A stretch of 64,000 nucleotides of DNA from the human T2T-CHM13v2.0 reference genome, Homo sapiens: NCBI RefSeq assembly GCF_009914755.1, contig NC_060929.1. The stretch is one strand, 5' to 3'. Positions 1-12,231 of this stretch are shown piece after piece. A program made the position numbers and the translations under genes. Each line of letters begins with the position of its first letter. The stretch's first letter is position 1. A model generated the notes under the pieces. It was given only the letters and a program-made list of their open reading frames with translations. It did no database searches and was not told the origin of the DNA.

Positions 1-839
1 GAATATCATAATTATATAAATATTTATGCACTCAACACCAAAGATCCCAAATATATAAAGCCAACATTAATAGACCTAAACGGGGAGATAGACTGCAATA
101 TAATAGTAGTATAGGGCTTTAACAGCCCACTCTTAGTTACAGGCAGATCATCCAGACAGATAACAAAGAAACAGCAGAGTTAAACTACACATTAGATCTA
201 ATAGGCCTAATTGACATTTACAGAACACTTCATGCAACTGCTGCAGAATACGCTTTCTTTTCATCACCACATGGAACATTTTCCAGAAGAGACCACATGT
301 TAAGCCACAAAACAAGCCTGTACAAATTTTTTTAAAAATATATATCAAGTATTATCTCTGACCACAATGGAATAAAATTAGCCATCAAAAAACCAGAGGG
401 ACCTTGGAAAATACAGACAAGATTAGATGCGTTTGGGGTGATATGGCTATAGATGGAATCTTGGAAAATACACAACCTTGGAAATTAAACAGCATGCTCC
501 TGAACAGCCAATGGGTCAATGAAATAATTACGAATGAAATTTAAATTTTTTTAAACAAATGAAAATGGAAATACAACACACCAAAATCTATGGGATACAA
601 CAAAATCTATGGGATACAACAAAAGATACAACAAAAAGTTGTATCTATGGGATACAACTAAAAAGGAAGTTTATAGCAATAGACACCTATATTAAAAAAG
701 TAGAAAGATTTCAAAATTAACAACCTAATGGTGCACCTCAAGGAATTAGAGAAGCAAGAACAAACCAATTAGTAGAAGGAAAATAATAATAAAGATCAGA
801 GCAGAAATAAATGAAACTGAGACTTTAAAAACAATACAA
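1..839 (+). mobile_element. Old L1 (L1M/L1MA-type) ORF2 endonuclease region, decayed; interrupted by a 5S fragment and an Alu
   Basis: A-rich sense L1 ORF2 motifs (aatatttatgcactcaac, catggaacattttccag, tctgaccacaatggaataaaa, ggaaattaaacagcatgctcctgaac); stops and frameshifts. Confidence 0.9.
414..454 (-). pseudogene. Tailless 5S rRNA 5'-fragment retropseudogene (about nt 1-41)
   Basis: 415-454 matches the reverse complement of 5S nt 1-40 (AGACGAGATCGGGCGCGTTCAGGGTGGTATGGCCGTAGAC) at 29/40, and all 11 mismatches are transitions; flanked by 17 bp direct repeats gggaccttggaaaatac (398-414) and ggaatcttggaaaatac (455-471). Confidence 0.8.
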
Positions 840-1135
840 GGTCAGTGGTGGTGCCTCACACCTGTAATCCCAGCACTTTGGCAGGCCAAGGTGGGTGGAT
901 CACTTGAGGTCAGGAATTCGACACCAGCCTGGCCAATCTGGTGAAACCCAGTCTTTACTAAAAATATAAAAATTAGCTGGGTATGGTGGTGCATGCCTTT
1001 AATCCCAGCTACTAGGGAGGCTGAGACAGGAAAATTGCTTGAATCCAGGAGAAAGAGGTTGCAGTGAGCCGAGGCTGTGTCTGCACTCCAGCCCGGGTGA
1101 CAGAGTGAGACTCTGTCTCAAAAAACAAAACAAAA
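840..1135 (+). mobile_element. AluS-type SINE
   Basis: Dimeric Alu: cctgtaatcccagcactttg, cacttgaggtcagga, A-rich linker, gagactctgtctc followed by an A-rich tail. Confidence 0.95.
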
Positions 1136-1139
1136 CAGA

Positions 1140-1328
1140 GACCCAAAAAAACCAAAAGGTGAAACAAAAAGTTTGTTTATTAAAAATATAAACAAAATTC
1201 ACAAATTTTTGGTTAGACTTAGAAAAAATAGAAGACCCAAATAAGTAACATCAGGAGTAAAAAAGGAGACAACAACCGAGAACACTGAAATACAGTGAGT
1301 CATTAGAGATTATTATGAACAACAGTAT
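1140..1328 (+). mobile_element. Continuation of the L1 ORF2 fragment after the Alu
   Basis: gaaacaaaaagtttgttt...aacaaaatt...cattagagattattatgaacaac follow the L1 ORF2 order. Confidence 0.8.
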
Positions 1329-1339
1329 TTCACTTGTTC

Positions 1340-1588
1340 TTTTTGCACTTTTTTTGCTATCAGCCATCACCAAAAGAACATGCCCACCTAGCCCACCACT
1401 CATCACAGGTGGAGGATGAGAGCCATGTATAGCAGAGACATGAGAAGCCAAGCCTTCTGGGTAACTCCTACCTAGACCAGTTGAACCCCAGCTTACCTGG
1501 AGACACATGCATGATAATTAGTTGTTTTAAATCATGGAGTTTTGAGATGGTGTTATGCAACACTATTGTAGCAATAGCTAACCAATAA
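1340..1588 (+). mobile_element. MLT1-family (MaLR) LTR 3' fragment
   Basis: Typical MLT1 end: gttgttttaaatcatggagttttgagatggtgttatgcaacactattgtagcaatagctaacc. Confidence 0.65.
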
Positions 1589-1829
1589 ACTCAGTAACAA
1601 CATGTTACACAGCTTCATCTATTTATGGGTATCTTTAAGTTCCAGAATTTACTTTGTTGTTACTTTGCAAACAAATATGAAGTGGCAGGTATTCTTCCAA
1701 TAATGAACATTTATTTCATTAATATCCCATTTATGTCCTGCTGTTGGTTTCTATGTCTGTCTGCACACAAACTCTTTTTTCAATGCCAAATCATAGTATA
1801 ATCTTTTTGGAGACATTTTAAATAGCAAT

Positions 1830-2053
1830 TCAACACAACTTATATGGAGCCAACAATGCACACAACTCATGTTAATTAAGGTTGGTTGTGAATAGCTGTG
1901 ATCAAGTTCATGCACATACAGGCCCTGACAGTCATGTCACAACTGTCACTTGGCTGAGAGTAATTGTAAAACACTATCAATTATGGGAAACATCTCAATT
2001 TTAAGATGCTAAATTTATAATGAATGTGATTCTTAGAAGCATTGGAAAATGAT
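1830..2053. mobile_element. Possible ancient TcMar-Tigger-type DNA transposon remnant
   Basis: End resembles old Tigger termini (gatgctaaa...aatgtgattcttagaagcattggaaaatgat); recall-based only. Confidence 0.35.
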
Positions 2054-3180
2054 ATATCTCTGGTCAGTACATTCACAGTCTGAGTTGCTGTTGCCACAGC
2101 TAGTTTTCTCTTTCTGAAAGAGGTTTACTCTTTTCAAAATGCCTGATTTCAAGAAAGCCCTTAGAGATAACTTTCTATGTCATTCCTGTTCCCCCATCTG
2201 TTGAGTATCTTTAGCTCTTGCTACATATTCTTTTTTTTTTCAGGGTTGGGATGGTCTCTAACTTTGGATGATTTTGCCCTTTAGCTATAATTGAAAGATT
2301 TGGAATCATTTTTTTGTGCACATTGTCACTCATAGAGCAGGCAAGAGGAGCTCTTTCTCTGCGCCCCAAACGCTAGCAAATCCTGCTCTGGTCTTCTAGC
2401 CAAGGCCCTCCCTATAAGGCAAAGAGTTCACTATACTAAGGGAACACGCCTAACTAAAGCCCCATCCCCTTCCCCAACTGTACCATGCTTCAAGTCCCAC
2501 ATTGCTGATGTCTGTATCCGTTGGCCTGAGAAGTTGGCAGGGAGTGTCTATTTATAGGAATATAGATAGAGCTTCATCATGGGTAGGGTATGTTGACAAA
2601 ATGCTTGCGCATTACACCTCATGAAGAACAGAGACTGGTGGGAGAAAGGAGGTAGGTCAGAGGCTAGAATACAGCCTGCTTTCCTTTCTCACCAAGTTCC
2701 AGCATGGAACTCTGTGTTAATTCTAAATTTGAGTGTGGCCTTCCAATTCATTGTGAAGGTATAGTTTTCAAAGTAAAAGGCTAAAACATATTTTATTTAA
2801 CAGTTTATTATTAGCTTAATGTATGTTTTAAATACTCATGCATACGGTATTTTGGCCTCTAGTTGCATCCTTCTCTCACTTTCCACAAATGTTAGATTCA
2901 GGCACACAGCTTGAGGATACTGAAGGAATATCTCTTCTACAGTGGGATCAAAATTTACTTACACTACACTCAATGTACAAAAAACATTTACCTTTATCTT
3001 TTTTCACTCCTAAGAACTGATATAATATTTTTTCCTAAGCCACACTCAATTGGATGGCAGAACATACAAGCTATATAGGCTTGCTGTCTAAAGTTGGGCA
3101 ACTTAGTTCTTTTAGACAATGTTGAGAAATCTATATTTAATAGTTCTCATATTCCTTTCCAATAACAATAAAAGCAAAGA

Positions 3181-3405
3181 ATAATGACTGATGTTTATTG
3201 AGAACTACGTGCCAGGTATTGGGACAGGATTTTCAGGTGTATAAACTCATTTAATCCTTAAACAAAAAAGTGAGGTGGTAGTAGTATTACCACATTTCAA
3301 GAAGTGAAATTGAGGTACAGAGAGGTGGGTCAACTGGTTTGAGTTTGCATTGCTTGAATGTGGAGAAGACAGAAATCAAATCCCAGGCATTCTGACTTTG
3401 GAGCC
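3181..3405 (-). mobile_element. MIR SINE
   Basis: Reverse MIR: tttattgag..cgtgccagg, ctcatttaatcct, gaaattgaggtacagagagg, aaatcccaggcattctgact. Confidence 0.85.
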
Positions 3406-3978
3406 TATGTTCTGTCTTTATGATGATGCTGTTCTGCTTCTCTAAGATGATGTGTGTAGGTACTATTTGTTTCTCAGGACATTATGTTAAGAATCCTTTC
3501 TGAAACCCTCTCAGCCTGTGAGACCTTCTTCATCCCTGGCCCTCTCATACTGGATAGGGGATGAGAAGTATCCTGGACTCATGCAATCAGCCACTTCCTT
3601 TGAAAATGCTGCAAAAATATCCCTGCACCATGACGAATAAAAAGGATGTAGAACTATCCTAGAGGCCCATGTTCCTCTAGTTTGCTGTAGGGGCAGCTTA
3701 TCTCTGGTCTCCCTGATGCTCCCAGCTCTTCCCATACCCCTCCTGGATGTTTATGTCAGTATATGTTCCTGGAAAGGAAACAAAGATACAGGTATTGGAG
3801 CTCTCTCCCATACCAATATTTTATTTTCTGTTTTCCACTCTTTTCCAGGGGTTCAATGGTGTGATGTCTTGGGATGTGTACTTTCTTCATTTTTTCCATC
3901 AATAAGGATTATTTCCTTTCTTTCTCCTTTTTGATAGGATATTTGTTATCTCTTTTCCTTTTCAAAATATATCTTATT

Positions 3979-4432
3979 ATTTTTAATTGTGGTAGAATAC
4001 ACATAACATAAATTTAGCATTTTAACCATTTAAGGATACAATTCAGTAGTGTCAAGTATATTTACATTGTTGAGCAATCTCTAGAAATTTTCATCATATA
4101 AAACTAAAACATTAAAAAACAATTCTCCATTTTTACCTCCCCATCTCCTGAAACCACCATTCTACTTTTTGTTTCTATAAATTTGACCACTACAGATATA
4201 TAAGTGGAATCATACAGTATTTGTCTTTTCATAATAGTCTTATTTCACTGAGAATGGTGCCCTTAAGTTTATTCCATATTGTAGCATGTATCAGAATGTC
4301 TTTTTAAAGGCTGAGTAATATTCCATTGTATGTATATATCACATTTGTTTGTCTATTCATCCACTGAGGGACACTTGGGTTGCTTCTACCTTTTGGATAT
4401 TGTGAATAATGCTGCTATGAATATGGGTGTAC
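3979..4432 (-). mobile_element. L1MB-type 3' end
   Basis: ttttaattgtggtagaatacacataacataaattt...gtggaatcatacagtatttgtc...gtgaataatgctgctatgaat. Confidence 0.9.
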
Positions 4433-5529
4433 CCTCTTCTATTTGAGTACTGTAATATCTAAATTATGATGAAGAAACATGATTTATGAGGGAAAGAATA
4501 AAATGCACAATATATATTAGTTTCATATTTTCAAAATAACATTCATGTTACATCCTGTGTCCCATCTTCTTAGTGCTTTGATCTCAGAGCTCTTCAGAGA
4601 TTTGATCTCAGAGACACAGAAATAAGTTGCCAAACAAATCCACTCAGTTTTCAAGGATATTAGTGTATAGTGAGAAAGGGGGGTATTTGTTCATCCTCCC
4701 CAAAAAGGAATATAATTTTAACATTAAAAACATAAGTCAATAGAGCTAATTACATTTGATGCCGAAGGCTTTGTTTTATCCAGCCTCTGACAGCAGGAGA
4801 TAATTGGGAATTCAACCCTGAACAATCCTATCCCTTGAAAATATCATAAAGGAAAGTTATTGCCAAATCCAATCAAACCTAATTTTCTTGCCATTGATAT
4901 GCCAACTGTAAAGTAAATGAAAATCATTGAAACACCTGAACATGGGCATTCTGAGAGCTCCATCATGCCTCTATTTCAATTTCCACCTTTCTCGCTTGGG
5001 TTGAAGCAATCATGACCATTGATATGTCGAATATGTGACTTAAAAAAAATCAACACCACTGTATTAACTCCATAGTTGCAAAGAAATAGCCAAACTCTTT
5101 TTTTTTTTTATCAGAATAACAATGACAAGAAGAGAAACTTCCTGTAGCATAAAACTATGTGTATTTTAATTTATAACCCATCTTTTCCCAAGAAAATTTT
5201 CAGACCCCTGACTTGGTTTTAAGGGGTTTTTGTTTTATAAATTTCTAATGTTTCAAATGGAAAGATACTAGGACCCATTGTTATTTGATACTGTAACTTA
5301 TCCAAGTTGTTGAATTACATTTAAATATTTTCATCTCCTAAAATCAGTTTTATGTAGTAAGTTCTTAGAAAAGCATACTAAACTTTCAGTGTATTAAATA
5401 TTAATTTTTTAAAAAAGTTTTAAAACATAAGTTTCAAAGCCTTACACATTAGGCTAAAGTTGCTTGTTTCATCATCCCCTTGCAATAATTTCTACTACTC
5501 TTAGTAAAAAATCTAACCTGAAATCCATG

Positions 5530-6072
5530 TGTGATATTTAATAATGAGTGTCAACTTGATTGGATTGAAGGATGCAACGTATTGTTCCTGGGTGTGGCTG
5601 TGAGGACGTTGCCAAAGGAGATTAACATTTGAGTCAGTGGACTGGGAAAGCAGACCCACCCTCAATGTGGGTGGGCATAATCTAATCAGCTGCCAGTGCA
5701 GCTAGAAAAAAAGCAGGCAGAGGAACATGGAAGGACTAGACTGGCTGAGTCTTCTTGCCTCCATGTTTCTCCCGTGCTGGATGCTTCCTGCCCTTGAACA
5801 TTGGACTCCAAGTTCTTTAGCTTTTGGACTCCTGGACTTACACCAGTGGTTTTCCAGGGGCTCTCAGGCCTTCAGCCACAGACTGAAGGCTGCATTTGGC
5901 TTCCCTACTTTTGAGGTTTTGAGACTTGGACTATCTTCCTGGCTCCTTAGCTTGCAGATGGCCTATTGTGGGACTTCACCTTCTGATCGTGTGAGTCAAT
6001 ACTCCTTAATAAACTCCCTTTCATATATACATCTATCTTATTAGTCCTGTACCTCTAGAGAACCCTGACACA
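5530..6072 (+). mobile_element. MLT2A1/MLT2A2 (HERVL) solo LTR
   Basis: TG...CA ends; gagtgtcaacttgattggattgaaggatgc, gccaaaggagattaacatttgagtcagtggactgg, aataaactccc...ctagagaaccctgac. Confidence 0.93.
5678..5688 (+). promoter_or_regulatory. Perfect DUX4 consensus motif TAATCTAATCA inside MLT2A (binding not shown)
   Basis: Exact match to TAAYYYAATCA; a second near-match site TGATTGGATTG at 5557-5567. Confidence 0.5.
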
Positions 6073-6074
6073 GG

Positions 6075-6920
6075 ATGGCTTCCCTTGTTGCATAATCTGG
6101 ACCAAACTTATCTTTCTAATTTCATCTCCTCTCCATCCCTATGGGGCCTCTTCTTCAGCTCTGCAGGATTCTTTGCCTTTCTTTGAGCATTCTAAACTCA
6201 CTCCCATTCCATCAGGATATGTTGGGTTATGTGTAGTACTATGTAACTCCTCAAATCTCAAACACTTAAAACAGAAAAGATTTTCCTTCTCAGTTCCATC
6301 ATTTTTATTAAGGGAGCCAAAGGTAAGAGGGGACTCACTATTTTGAACAGAAATTATTGTTCTAAAGGGAATTATTATTCTAAAGGGAAAAAAGACACTG
6401 TAAATTGTCAAGCCAACAAGTAAATACTTCAGCCCAGAAGTGACACACATAGCTTCTGTCCATAATCATTGGCCAGAAATAACCATATGACCCACCACAA
6501 CACAATGGAGCCAGAAAATAGAAAGCACTCCCGTGAATCTCAAAGGAGGGAGAAGCAGAAATATTTAGCAAAAAGCATGAATCATTACTCTATCAATTTT
6601 TCACTTGCTACTGATAGTTTGGGGAATGCTCTTTCCTCTGAAAGTCAGATGACTCACTCTTTCGCTTCATTCTGGTCTTTGTCAAAATCCTTAGAAAGGT
6701 CATTCCTGCTGTTATTTTTGTTCTTCACTTGTCTCTACCTGAAATTATATCATATTTTTATTTTTTGCTTGTTTTACACACACACATACAAGTGCATTAT
6801 TTTTAATATGTACAGTATTATATTTTCTGTCCTGTTCATTGATTCATTGATATATCCCCAGTGACTAAAAGTATTTGGAGCTCAGCAGACAATGAACAAA
6901 TATTTTCTGAATGAGTGATT
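6075..6920 (+). mobile_element. L2 3' region, interrupted by an MLT1 LTR
   Basis: Pyrimidine-rich L2 body (ggaatgctctttcc...gactcactct..cttcattc) ending in aaatattttctgaatgagtga. Confidence 0.6.
6215..6590 (-). mobile_element. MLT1J/K-type LTR
   Basis: cagcccagaagtgacacacatagcttctgtccataatcattggccagaa is a typical reverse MLT1 motif. Confidence 0.65.
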
Positions 6921-7651
6921 GCATATATTAGATTGATGCATACATGTTTAGAACATATATCTCTAATTCTATCTCTATCTATATGGTGAAATATCAGTTC
7001 ATATATATGTTGCAAAGAGGCAAATTTAATTTTATACCACATTTTAACTATAAAGAGAAAATTTAGTTTCTAGAGGTTTAGAAAACCATTCAGTTCTTCC
7101 TCATGAGGCTCCCTCTGCTGGTTTTCTTGTAGCCAGGCCAAGACGAAGCTCAGTAAGTCAGTTTCAAAATGACTCCAATCTAGAAAATCAAGAGAGCTTT
7201 TAAATATTAATTTGCTTTCTTTAGGATAGCTGTTTTGGTTTTTATATTCCTTTTCCCTCCATTCTCTGTTCCAATACGGCATTTAGATTTATAGGGAGAG
7301 GTCTGGTGTGTGTAAGGAAGTAGATGGGAGCCCGTGTCCTTAAATCTTCCCAATGTTCACTTACTCCTCCCTGACCTCAACTGTAGAGTGGATAAACTGG
7401 TATGCTTTCTTCAATAATGTGCACTGAAGTAGATCTAATTTCTGTCTATTTGGTCTTAATGTGCTAATACCAGAGACCTGTCTCCTATCATTTGCTTCTT
7501 TGCTTCTCTTCTCACCCTGACAATTGCATGTGTCATTGAAAATGTTTGCATACAATATCCCTCCTAGTGACTTAACAGTTCCTCAGTCCTGCAGGAGCTA
7601 ATGCTACTAACCTGTCAGACTCAGGCTCCTTATCTATTTACATGTTTCTAG

Positions 7652-8104
<453 letters not shown>

Positions 8105-10236
8105 TAAGTCTCATGACTTAGTTATCATGATGGAGAATGTATGCTATGGAAGAAATTCTACTGTATGTGTTCTCTAGTCATTGCTTTTTATTGGGAAGCT
8201 TTTGATTGGGAAGCCAAGCAAAAAGCTAGAGCTAGAGATTAACCGATTGGTTTGTTCAGATTTTCTATTTCTTCGTGTTTTGAAGCAATATTCAAAGCAT
8301 TACTGGATTGCTAACAGTCTGGCTATGTATTAAAAAGCTGCACTGGTGATTCTGAGATGTTTGACCTTTACCTTATTCGTTAATTTATGAAAGATGATTC
8401 ACCCCCTTTCCAAAATAGAGTCAGCTTCGGAAATGTTACTGGAAGGTTGGATATCACAGGGATCTTCCAACTAAAAAATGTTTTGAAAAGACATTTTATT
8501 TTTATTTTGGCTTTTCAGTGAAACAGGAAAAAAATAACAAGCCAAATTATCCTTGAAATCTGTGTCACCATGAAAAATGCATGTAGCAGAAAAGTAACTT
8601 AAGTCATCAACAGAATTTGTAAAACTATACAAATATATAAATGTATTATAGAAGATAATTTAAAATGCATTTTGCTCTAAGTTTCCAAATGCATTCTGCA
8701 TGTCAAATTTAATAACTAGAATCAGTACAAGGAGCCTTACAGATACCTAGTCTCCAGTGGCCAACCTGAGGTTGAGAAGTACTGTGTGGACTGAATTTGT
8801 TCCTACACATGTCTTTTCTACAGAGGCATTGGCACAACAGTTTCATGACTCTACCTTCCTTTGTATTAAATATTTAGCCAACAGAGGAGGTGACAAGTGT
8901 CATTGATTAATCACAGATAAAACAAATAGGGGTGTTCTTATTTATTTTACTTCAGCAAATTGAGATGTGAAGAAGAATGAAGAAGCTGGAGGAGACTATG
9001 GTGACTTTAATTGAGAGTCACTGGCAGACACAAAGTGAAAACTTAGTATGTGAGCAGTTGGATAACGTTTGAAAGCAACCCCAAAGCAATTTCCAATCAG
9101 CTAACTTTGAAATTTGGAAGCAAAGTTCAGTGAAACTATAGAACTGCTCTTCTCAACTAGAAGCAATATGAAAAAGGACACTCAGAAAATAATTAACTAG
9201 TAGACAGTTACAGAGAAGGTTTTTACTGGTAGAAACAAAAGAATCAATTACTTAAATTATAATTGGTAAACATCACTATAGTTTCTAAAACTGTTGGTGT
9301 GAGTTATTTTTATCTGTTACCTCTTTATGCTCCCTATCTCCAAACACCCACTCATCAATGCATGAGTCAAGATATTTTAGATATTTTATTCCTTAAATGT
9401 CTATTTGGTATACCCCACAAACCACTATAAATCATTTGCTTTCCTTTTTTCAAAACAAAATTCTATCAGGAAAAAAGCTTATGTTCATGCTTCTGTTACT
9501 CAGAATTTACTACAGTATTCTAACACTAGTGAAACTTAAAACCTTAAAAGTTTTATGAGTATTCTCAATGAGGCAGCATGTGTGAAAGAGAAATTGCTTT
9601 CGTGGTTACTAAGAGAAACCTATGGAAACTTATGAAACCCATAATAAATAAATGTAGGGAGTCTTGAGTTTATTCTTTCAAAATAAACGTAAGCATAAAT
9701 GATAAAACAGCATGGAAAGAAGTTTTAGATAGAACTTTAGACCTGAGATACGTTAACACTTTTTAACAGTAGAGGCATTTAAAGGTGACTAAGAGCCATG
9801 CAAGGTAAACAGACATGTAGAATCTTTCTCTTTCTCTATTTTTCTCCTATCAACTCAAAGTGGGAAGAATGGGAAAACAACTAAGGCTGAGAAATCATAA
9901 GCTGAACAATAAGACAGTAGTTGAAATAATTTATCTGGTACCCAACCCAGTCTATGACTCAGAATCCTTTGTGAGTTTTGAAGCAAAGTGAATACTAAAC
10001 ATAAATTACAAAGAATCCAACTGAATTTGTGTTAAATGAACTTTTTGGAAGAATTAAGAATTAGTTATTAAAGTATAGTAAAGTTTATTTTTAAGCCATT
10101 TATATAAACTTAAAAGGTGATGCTTTCTTTCAAACTTTTTTCTTTTTCTTTTTTTTTTTTTTTTTTTTGTCCGGGGTAAAATAAATAAGCAGAAAACAAG
10201 GCCAAAGATGCAAAAGAAAAGAAAGGAGAGTTAACT

Positions 10237-10935
10237 TTTATTGAATGGTCTGATAACCTTCTAAGCCATACAATGTTCATTTATTTAACTAGTGTCTTTC
10301 ATCTCCAAGTCCACCCTTGTTTTCTCTGCTTTGTGATGCCGGAGAACAGGAAGCACATCAGGAAGAGTTTCAGGATGAGAGGGAAGAAAATACCTGATTC
10401 TTCCAGTTTTCTCACTCTTTCTGATAGTGTGGTTTCAGCAAGATACAAGTTGTTTCAGTTTTCACTTTTTTCTGCACTCCCAGAACCAGTTGTATTGTGC
10501 CCCCTCAAAAGTACCAGCAATAACTGGGCAATGTCTCCCTGTCAAGGATCCGAGTCCGGCTGTGTGAAGTGCCTTCTACATCCCTTCGATTTTAACAATG
10601 CAAACCTCTTCTCTCTGATTCCATGGCTCCAAATGTGGTAGCAGTTTCCAGCAGCTACTGTTTCAGTGTTATTTCTATGTTCCCTTTCCATTTATTCAGT
10701 TTCTAACACCTTTGAAAATAATTTTTTACATTAAATTCTCTCTGTTAAAATGACTGACAGGTTTGTTTACTTTCCTAATTAGCTTCTAAATGATATCACT
10801 CTTTACATAAATTGTGTCAATTTTATAAATGAGTAAATGGAAATAAAAACGGGTTCAGTAACTTGCCTAATGTTCCCTAGTTGGCAGAAGGCGTAACTAG
10901 AGTGTGATTCCAGATCTACACCCCACAGTCTTTGC
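10237..10935 (-). mobile_element. MIR, split by an LTR33
   Basis: ttttataaatgagtaaatgga...gtaacttgcctaatgttcc matches the reverse MIR core. Confidence 0.6.
10293..10796 (+). mobile_element. LTR33-type ERVL solo LTR
   Basis: 3' end attaaattctctctgttaaaa...tttcctaatt...tgata, plus gtggtagcagtttccagcag, resembles LTR33. Confidence 0.65.
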
Positions 10936-11109
10936 TAATATTGCAAAAAGAATCAGTGAAATAGGAGAAAGACCATGAGAAATGCATGTTGCCAAATATT
11001 AAGAATTTTAAAATAATTTAAGAATAAAGGTGTCAGTATTCTGATTAATCATCTCTCTCTCTCCTTTTCTTCCTTTCTCTATATATCTATATATAAATAT
11101 TTTTTTAGC

Positions 11110-11480
11110 TCCTTTCCAAGTCACCACTAAGACATAAAAAGGGTTACTTTAAAAAAAGGCATGAATCCACAAGAAGAAAAGATAATAGCATGTTGGAAGT
11201 ATTAAGAAAATCGTGGAAGTAAGAAAGAAGGTGAACAGGTAGAAATACGCTAATCAGAGCAAACATAAACCTAAGTCTGCAGTGAGGAGGCCTTAAGGAC
11301 CATGCCTCAGAATGCTAGAAAGTTTCAGAAATTGGAGATACCAGGTTTCTTTTACAAAGATGGTGCTGAAACAGCAGGATTTGTTGAAATTCTTTTAAGT
11401 AGCAGTTAGATCTCCAGAGTCCCCTTACTAAACCTTAGAGCTTAGTTGTTATATCTTGCTACAAACCAATAAAAAGATTA
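11110..11480 (+). mobile_element. Possible HAL1/L1ME 5' remnant
   Basis: aaggcatgaatccacaag...cctaagtctgcagtg resembles the HAL1 5' region; heavily diverged. Confidence 0.35.
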
Positions 11481-11950
11481 CAAATTAGAAGGACGTTCAG
11501 AGTTTGGTAAGGCTCATGTCACTGATGGCTTTAATGAGAGAGAGGTTTGGATGGAAGGATGGGAGAAAATTGAAACCTTGATGGGTTTAGGAGTGAGTGA
11601 TGAAGAGGGACTCAGAAGGAGATAGTGAATAGTTGATGGAACAAGATTTTGGAAGAGAGAAGATTTGGAGAAAAGGGACTAGCTGGTCTTCTATAGATTT
11701 TTTTTTTTCCTTTGCACAAGGGAAGAAAGCAAAGATGGAGGAAGGTATTTGGAAAGGTATATTGGGAGATATTTCTAGGAACTTGCATAGTCTCCATTTG
11801 AGAACACAAGCATAAGATAAAAGGTTTAGAAAGAGAAACATAAGTTTGAATTAGCTATACAGGAAATCAAAACAGCAACCTACAGGCAACATTTTTCTGC
11901 CATATGTTATTGTTATCTTAAACAAAGAATGATACTTAAATTCACATAAT

Positions 11951-12231
11951 ATAGGTCACAAACTTTGGCCCATGGATAAAACTTCTTAACTTGAAAATAT
12001 GCTATTAAAAAATTAGTTGCCAACATTTGGTTACTTAGCTACTTTTATTTTGAAAAATAATCCCATTTAAAAGCTTCTTGAAAGGCTGGATGATTTTACA
12101 ATACTGACATACATTTTGGAATGTAACCGAGTGATGGGAAATTTCTCTATATGGGATAGGTATTCCTTAGCCGGCTTCACTAATTTATGTTACCTTTCTG
12201 ACCTGGTAGTCATTTGAGTTTGACACCCCTG
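11951..12231 (+). mobile_element. MER102-type hAT-Charlie DNA transposon
   Basis: Ends in catttgagtttgacacccctg with a degenerate TIR partner ggtcacaaact at the start; internal aaattagttgccaacatt. Confidence 0.7.

Noticed and set aside
8940-9006. Plus-strand acceptor with GAA-rich 45 nt exon-like segment
   Set aside because: Stops in all frames and a weak donor (ATG|gtgact).
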